Part shown: one piece after another, positions 58,326 to 64,000 of the stretch
Layout of the letters: every line of letters begins with the position of its first letter
How positions within the stretch are numbered: position 1 is the stretch's first letter
Origin: an uncultured Methanosarcinaceae archaeon
Lineage (GTDB): Archaea > Halobacteriota > Methanosarcinia > Methanosarcinales > Methanosarcinaceae
DNA length: 64,000 nucleotides
Direction of reading: 5' to 3'
Assembly: GCA_963833425.1 (NCBI GenBank)
Contig: CAWHXP010000008.1
Coordinates: 32,001-96,000 of the forward strand
The notes under the pieces: generated by a model
Told to the model about the DNA's origin: nothing
Seen by the model: only the letters and a program-made list of their open reading frames with translations
Database searches by the model: none
Translations under genes and position numbers: made by a program

Positions 58326-60644
58326 TTATTTCTTAATTGCATTAATAACAGCATTCGCTCCATCAATCAGTGTCAACCCGTCTGTCGAAGAAAGCTTCCC
58401 AGTTTTGACGTCAGCATTTACTTCGTTAATGAAAGCATTGAGCTGATTAATTGCAGCATTTGTATTCCCATCATTTATTTTTTTAGTCACATCATTCAGT
58501 TTGACTATTAATGAGTTAGCTTGCCCATTATTTAGTTGACCTGAAGTGACCAAACTCTGGATAAAAGTAGTCATTTGCTGGATTTTCTGCACCGGAGTCA
58601 GGACGTTGATTTGAACACTAGCTGATGTTGTACTGTAGTCCATAGTATCGTTGGGTGTAAATACTGTCTGCAATGTTTGTGTACCTGCACTTAGTAAAGT
58701 TCCTGCTACTGGAGTATAAACGAAACTTCCCGATACCGAAGAAATTGCATCTAGCTGAGTGCTACTTAATGCTGTTCCATAAACTATGTCAGCAGGATTA
58801 CCCCAGGTAATTTTAGGAATCGCCTTCTTTACATTTATCAAAACACTTGCTGATGCCGTAGTATAGTTTGCAGTATCAGTTGGAGTAAACTTAGTACTCA
58901 ATTTCTGACCCGAAACTGCACTTAATACAGTTCCTGATAACGGGTTATAAGAAAAGCTTCCAGGCACTGAAGCACTTGCATCTAGCTGAGTGGTGCCTTA
59001 GTGCTGTTCCATATGTTATGTTAGCTGGTTTATTCCAGGTAATTATAGGAGCAGCCGGTGTTACATTGATTTGAATACACCTTGTTGCAGTAGTATAGTT
59101 TACAGTATCAGTTGGTGTTAAAGTAGCATTCAAGGTTTGGGTACCTACACCTAATACAGTTCCTGCTACTGGATTATAGGAAAAGCTTCCTGGTACAGAT
59201 CCAGTTGCATCTAACTGAGTGTTGCCTAGTGCTGTTCCATATGCTATGTTAGCAGGGTTACTCCAGGTAATTGTGGGAATCGCCTGGTTTACAGTGATCG
59301 AATTAGTAATTATCCTTCCACTAGTATAGTTTGTAGAATCACTTGGTGTGAAAGAAGCAATTAATGTCTGTTTACCAGCACTTAATACAGTTCCTGATTG
59401 CGGAGTGTAGACAAAAGTTCCAGGGACTGAAGCATTTGCATCTAACTGAACGTTGCTCAATGGTGTACCATAGACTATGTCAGCAGGATTGCTCCAGGTA
59501 ATTGTAGGAGTAATTTTATAAGTCAATGGTATAGGACCTATAAACTGCCCAAAGGCAGTAGGATTGCTGCCTACAGGCACTGTGGCTGTAACACTGTCTG
59601 TGGCTATGTCAATTACAGAAACAGTATTGTCATTAGAGTTTGCTACATATACTTTTGTTCCTTCTGGTGTGGCTGCAATTCCCTGCGGATTGAGTCCTAC
59701 AGGTACGGTGGTTATAACATTGTTTGTGGCTGTGTAGATTACAGAAACATTATTGCTGCCTTCGTTTGTCACGTATACTTTTGTTCCATTTGGTGTGACT
59801 GCAACTCCATAAGGATTGTATCCTACAGGAATAGCGGCTGTAACATTGTCTGTGACTGTGTCAATTACAGAAATAGCATTGTCATTAGAGTTTGCTACAT
59901 ATACTTTTGTTCCATCTGGACTGACTGCAACTCCATAAGGATAATTGAATCCATTAGCGTTTACTGTGGCTGTAACAGTGTCTGTGGCTGTGTCAATTAT
60001 AGAAATAGTATTGCTACCTTCGTTTGTCACGTATACCTTTGTTCCATCTGGGGTTACTGCAACTCCATAAGGTTCGTTTCCTATAGACACTTTAGCTGTA
60101 ACATTCTCTGTAGCTGTGTCAATTACAGAAATATTATTGCTGCCTTCGTTTGTCACGTATGCTTTCGTTCCATCTGGTGTGACTGCAACTCCATAAGGCT
60201 GTCTTTCTACAGGCACGCTTGTTGTAATATTTTCTGTGGCCGTGTCTATTACAGAGACAGTGCCTGGGTAAGCTGAGTTCGCAACGTATACCTTTGTTCT
60301 ATCTGGTTTGACGGCCACTCCATAAGGATAATTGAATCCATTAGCGTTTACTGTGGCTGTAACATTCTCTGTGGTTGTGTCAATTACAGAAACATTATTG
60401 CTACCTTCATTTGTCACGTATACCTTTGTTCCATCTGGGCTGACTGCAACTCCATAAGGATAATTGAATCCATTAGCGTTTACTGTGGCTTAACATTGTC
60501 TGTTGCTGTGTCAATTACAGAAACAGTATTGCTACCGGAATTCGCAATATATGCAAATGGCGTAGCAGCTGCGATATTCACAAATATTAAAATCATAACA
60601 GTTGAGGCTAAAAAAATCGAAAAAGATTTGTGTTCATTGATCAT
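58326..60644 (-). pseudogene. Surface protein with YVTN beta-propeller, repeated ~75-aa Ig-like modules and helical C-terminal domain; two frameshifts
   Basis: Signal peptide from 60644; YVTN/YVAN repeats; TITW.NPA.I.YGT.L...QLDA repeats; frameshifts near 60490 and 58990. Confidence 0.85.
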
Positions 60645-60854
60645 GATTTCTCACATTTTCCATATATTATTTACCGAAAAAATTAGGATAGGTTCTCTTC
60701 TGTATAGAATATTTATCACTCTGTTTTTTAGTATCGTAACGTCGCTTGATTTTGATATCAAGTAAATTAGCATTGTTATAACCAAGAAATTTGTCATTTT
60801 CCGACTCATCCATTAATTTTTGATTTAAATATCAGCATTGGTGAAAGCACAGCA

Positions 60855-60885
<31 letters not shown>

Positions 60886-61545
60886 ACACCAAATATTAGT
60901 AACAACGTTATACAGTTATCTTTGATAATATTTTTGATAATACTTATAAATGAATCATTTGAAATATTATATAAGTTGCAGTGTTTATATGACTTGATTA
61001 TCCTTAGAGCATAACCAGTCTCCAAATATTTTCTTTCCAGAAAAGAAACGGTGAAATGCTTTATCGTAGGTCACTGAATCCATTAACTTCCGCTATAATC
61101 TGTAATTCGTCAAGCCCATGCTATTTACCGGATAAACATTTACTAAATTTAGATTTAGTGACATGTAGAATCATATTTGGCTAGCCAAATATTATATAAT
61201 TTTCTTTAGGAGATCAGTTTGTTTTATAAATTAGGGCTGTCTCGAATGCGTACCAATCTGCAGATAGATTCGCTATGTACTCATCTCAAAATGGCTCCAA
61301 GATAGAAAGGATTGCTCAGGCAGCAACAAAAAAATGAATAACAAGTTAAAAGAGTTTTTTAAACGGAAGAAAAAAATCAATTAGAAATGCAAAAACAATT
61401 ATTGAATTAGCACTGAAGATCACCAATTATTTAAGAGGTTACTGAGAATAAAAAATTATGTGAAGATAAAACAAGATATTCACTCGGTAGATATATGTCA
61501 ATACACACAGATGTACATCTGTTAGCCTATTATCAACTATTCATT

Positions 61546-61601
61546 AAAAGTTAAATTAATTTTTAAGCTACTATCAAAAGTTAAATTAATTTTTAAGCTA
61601 C
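61546..61601. repeat. Direct tandem duplication, ~30-bp period
   Basis: aaaagttaaattaatttttaagctac twice. Confidence 0.85.
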
Positions 61602-61832
61602 CATCATATTAAAAAATAAATAACGTTTTTGTGTATATCGACGAAAGGTAGGAGATTATTACAAGGGAGAAACTCAAAAAAATTTGGTGGAACTTGTAGC
61701 ATCTGTTAATAGACGTATAATAATTAATGGGATAATCGGATTATGTGGATAGAGGATGGAGAAAGTACTTGATAAAGCAATTTCATCACGTACTATCATG
61801 ATAAATTAGTTACAACTTTTAGCTACTATTCT

Positions 61833-63014
61833 TTAGGAAACAAGTGCTTTGAGCTCAGAAACTGCCTTTACTAGGATATCAACTTCTTCCATTGTATTAT
61901 ATAGTGCGAAAGAAGCTCTTACAGTACCATCTACTTTCAGAAATCGAGTAATTGGAATTGCGCAGTGGTACCCGCTTCTAACGCAAATTCGTTTGGTCTG
62001 GTCAAGAATTAGAGCAACATCATGGGCATTAAGCCCTCTCACATTAAAAGGTACTATTCCCATACTGCTTTCGGGCCCGTAAACTTCCACATGCTCGAGT
62101 TCGGAGAGTTTTTTTGCAGTCTCTCTTGAAAGATTCATTTCATGTTTTTTGATTTCAGAAGTCCCTATTTTCGCTACATACTCTACTGCTCTTCCTAACC
62201 CTATGACTCCTGGAATATTGGGAGTGCCAGCTTCAAAGCATGCTGGAGATGGCTCTAGAGTATAGGTAGACTCGGATACATCCGAAACAGTACCCCCTCC
62301 AACTGAAGCACTTTCGAGTACTTCGGGTTCTTTAACATAAAGTACGCCAGTGCCCTGTGGTCCAAGCAAGCCCTTATGCCCAGAAGTTGCAAAAAAGTCA
62401 CATCCTGTATCCTTAAGGTTGACTGGCATATGTCCTGCAGATTGGGCACCATCAATCAAAACTTTTATGCTGTTTCTGTGGGCAATTTTCGTCATGCCTT
62501 TTACGTCCTGTACGGAACCGAAGACATTTGAAACCTGGGTTATGGCAAGAAGTTTTGTTTTCTCTGTGAAAGCGCTCTCTAGCAGATGACTGCCGATTTT
62601 ACCCTTGCTGTCAGGGTTTATAACAGTGATATTTACACCTTTTTTCTGCAAACGCATCCATGGAAGAATATTCGAATGGTGTTCTAGCAGAGTTGTGACA
62701 ATGTGATCTCCTACCTCCCATGGATAACTATTAGCAATGAGATTGATCCCTTCTGTAGTATTTTTCGTAAAGATAGTATTTGAAGGCTCTGCATTTAGAA
62801 AGCTAGCAACTATTACCCTAGCGTCTTCGTAGTGGTTTGTGGTTTCCCTGGTCAGGCGATGGGCTCCTCTCCCATAATTACCAGCATATCTATAGAAATA
62901 ATCAACCATGGCTTCAACTACAGGTATCGGAGTCTGGGTAGTTGCAGCGCTGTCAAGATAAACGACTTCTTTTAAAACAGGAAAATCTTTACGGACCACA
63001 TATACATCGTACAT
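61833..63014 (-). CDS. Cysteine desulfurase-like class V aminotransferase (SufS-type)
   Basis: YLDSAATTQ, EHHSN, DGAQ, SGHKG..GP.G.G, EAGTPN, RSGYHCA, RASF..YNT. Confidence 0.9.
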   Translation of the reverse strand: MYDVYVVRKDFPVLKEVVYLDSAATTQTPIPVVEAMVDYFYRYAGNYGRGAHRLTRETTNHYEDARVIVASFLNAEPSNTIFTKNTTEGINLIANSYPWEVGDHIVTTLLEHHSNILPWMRLQKKGVNITVINPDSKGKIGSHLLESAFTEKTKLLAITQVSNVFGSVQDVKGMTKIAHRNSIKVLIDGAQSAGHMPVNLKDTGCDFFATSGHKGLLGPQGTGVLYVKEPEVLESASVGGGTVSDVSESTYTLEPSPACFEAGTPNIPGVIGLGRAVEYVAKIGTSEIKKHEMNLSRETAKKLSELEHVEVYGPESSMGIVPFNVRGLNAHDVALILDQTKRICVRSGYHCAIPITRFLKVDGTVRASFALYNTMEEVDILVKAVSELKALVS

Positions 63015-63058
63015 GCTTAGCTTTTAGGAACGAGAAATAAAAAAAGTTTGTGCAGGTT

Positions 63059-63215
63059 ACTTACCCTGCATACCGCCTATCATAAAGCGGTAAATATCCA
63101 ATTCATCTGAGTTCAGGCTGTCTGTACAACCCTTTATGACGGTGTGGTAACCGTCTTCGTGGTATTTATTTCCGTATTCTCTTTTTTTTACGCATTCTTT
63201 ATTTAATTCACTCAT
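63059..63215 (-). pseudogene. Small ~50-aa ORF upstream of the desulfurase, apparently frameshifted
   Basis: RBS ggagg, MSELNKECVKKREYGNKYHEDGYHTVIKG, continuing in another frame as CTDSLNSDELDIYRFMIGGMQGK. Confidence 0.4.
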
Positions 63216-64000
63216 ATTTTTCCTCCTGTCTCTTCAATGCTTGCGCTGATATGCAGGTTAGAATCATTCCCTCAGGATATGAACTCTTCAGTTCGGTTTG
63301 AAATTTCAGTGCATCTGCATAGGATTCCTATAAGCAGATTAGAATTTTCCGTCCTGGGGCTACTAATCCCTTAACTGCGCAACAGTAATTGTTCTTACCC
63401 ACAACAAGTATTAATTGTCATTTGTATTATATATTAGTTCCGGGAGATATGGTGTTGCCGAATTAAGTCATTTCCTGAACAATTTCTACAGATCAGGAGA
63501 ATATCAAAAAATTAAGGTAATGAAATCGTTGAGTATGACAAATAAAAATGGATCCATTTCTGATAATAGACACAACCCGTTTGCCGTCTACATCCTACGA
63601 ATTAGATAGTTTGGTTGAGATATAATAGCTGACCTAATAAAGCATAATTATAGTCCGCAAGAAGTTATCAAGGTTTTATTTCGTGCTGCAACATCTTCTA
63701 ACAATTCTCCTGAACCTGCAATCAACTATCAATTCATCAACAAATAACTTTTTTCGAATTTCAGAGTATTCTTCAAAGATTTTTTTGTTGTGATACTTAT
63801 ATGATCATAAAAAGAATTCTTTTCAGTTATTCAAAAAGTCGTCTAAGAATATTTGGTCCATCTAGCTCGCACAGGATCTATGAAACCCTGCGTTGTTTCG
63901 GGATATAAGTGCGAGATAGATGTGTGAGTTAGCTAGCACAACTCTCAGGTTAAAAGTGTAAAAATAGCTGTTTCAGGTTCCCGTCCAAGCTATACGGATT

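Noticed and set aside
59930..60490. Near-identical internal repeats suggesting a diversity-generating retroelement template/variable pair
   Set aside because: These are ordinary YVTN propeller-blade duplications; no reverse transcriptase and no adenine-specific mismatch pattern was seen.

Overview
AT-rich archaeal chromosomal segment, most consistent with a Methanosarcina-like methanogen (mch, MCR component A2 homolog, methanogenesis marker 4/MtxX, MEDS-domain kinase, YVTN beta-propeller surface proteins, tRNA-Leu). Intact housekeeping genes (eno, hxlB/phi, aminotransferase, cysteine desulfurase, cutA, trm112) alternate with many pseudogenes and IS remnants (IS6 x3, IS5-like x2, IS200 x2). 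Main observations: (1) a phosphate locus with pstS followed by a long DUF47/PhoU-like gene and a PPDK-like gene that stops after the phospho-His domain, a candidate Pi-sensing phosphorelay that is decayed here; (2) a dispersed family of putative structured small RNAs with a compensatory hairpin and a shared promoter motif that also resembles the pstS upstream region; (3) a ~90-bp MITE family in at least five copies; (4) an in-frame amber codon in a phosphoribosyltransferase (possible pyrrolysine readthrough); (5) a translationally coupled MFS + PstS-like pair; (6) a GC-rich papain-like protease relic. All calls come from reading the sequence by eye; no database searches were run.
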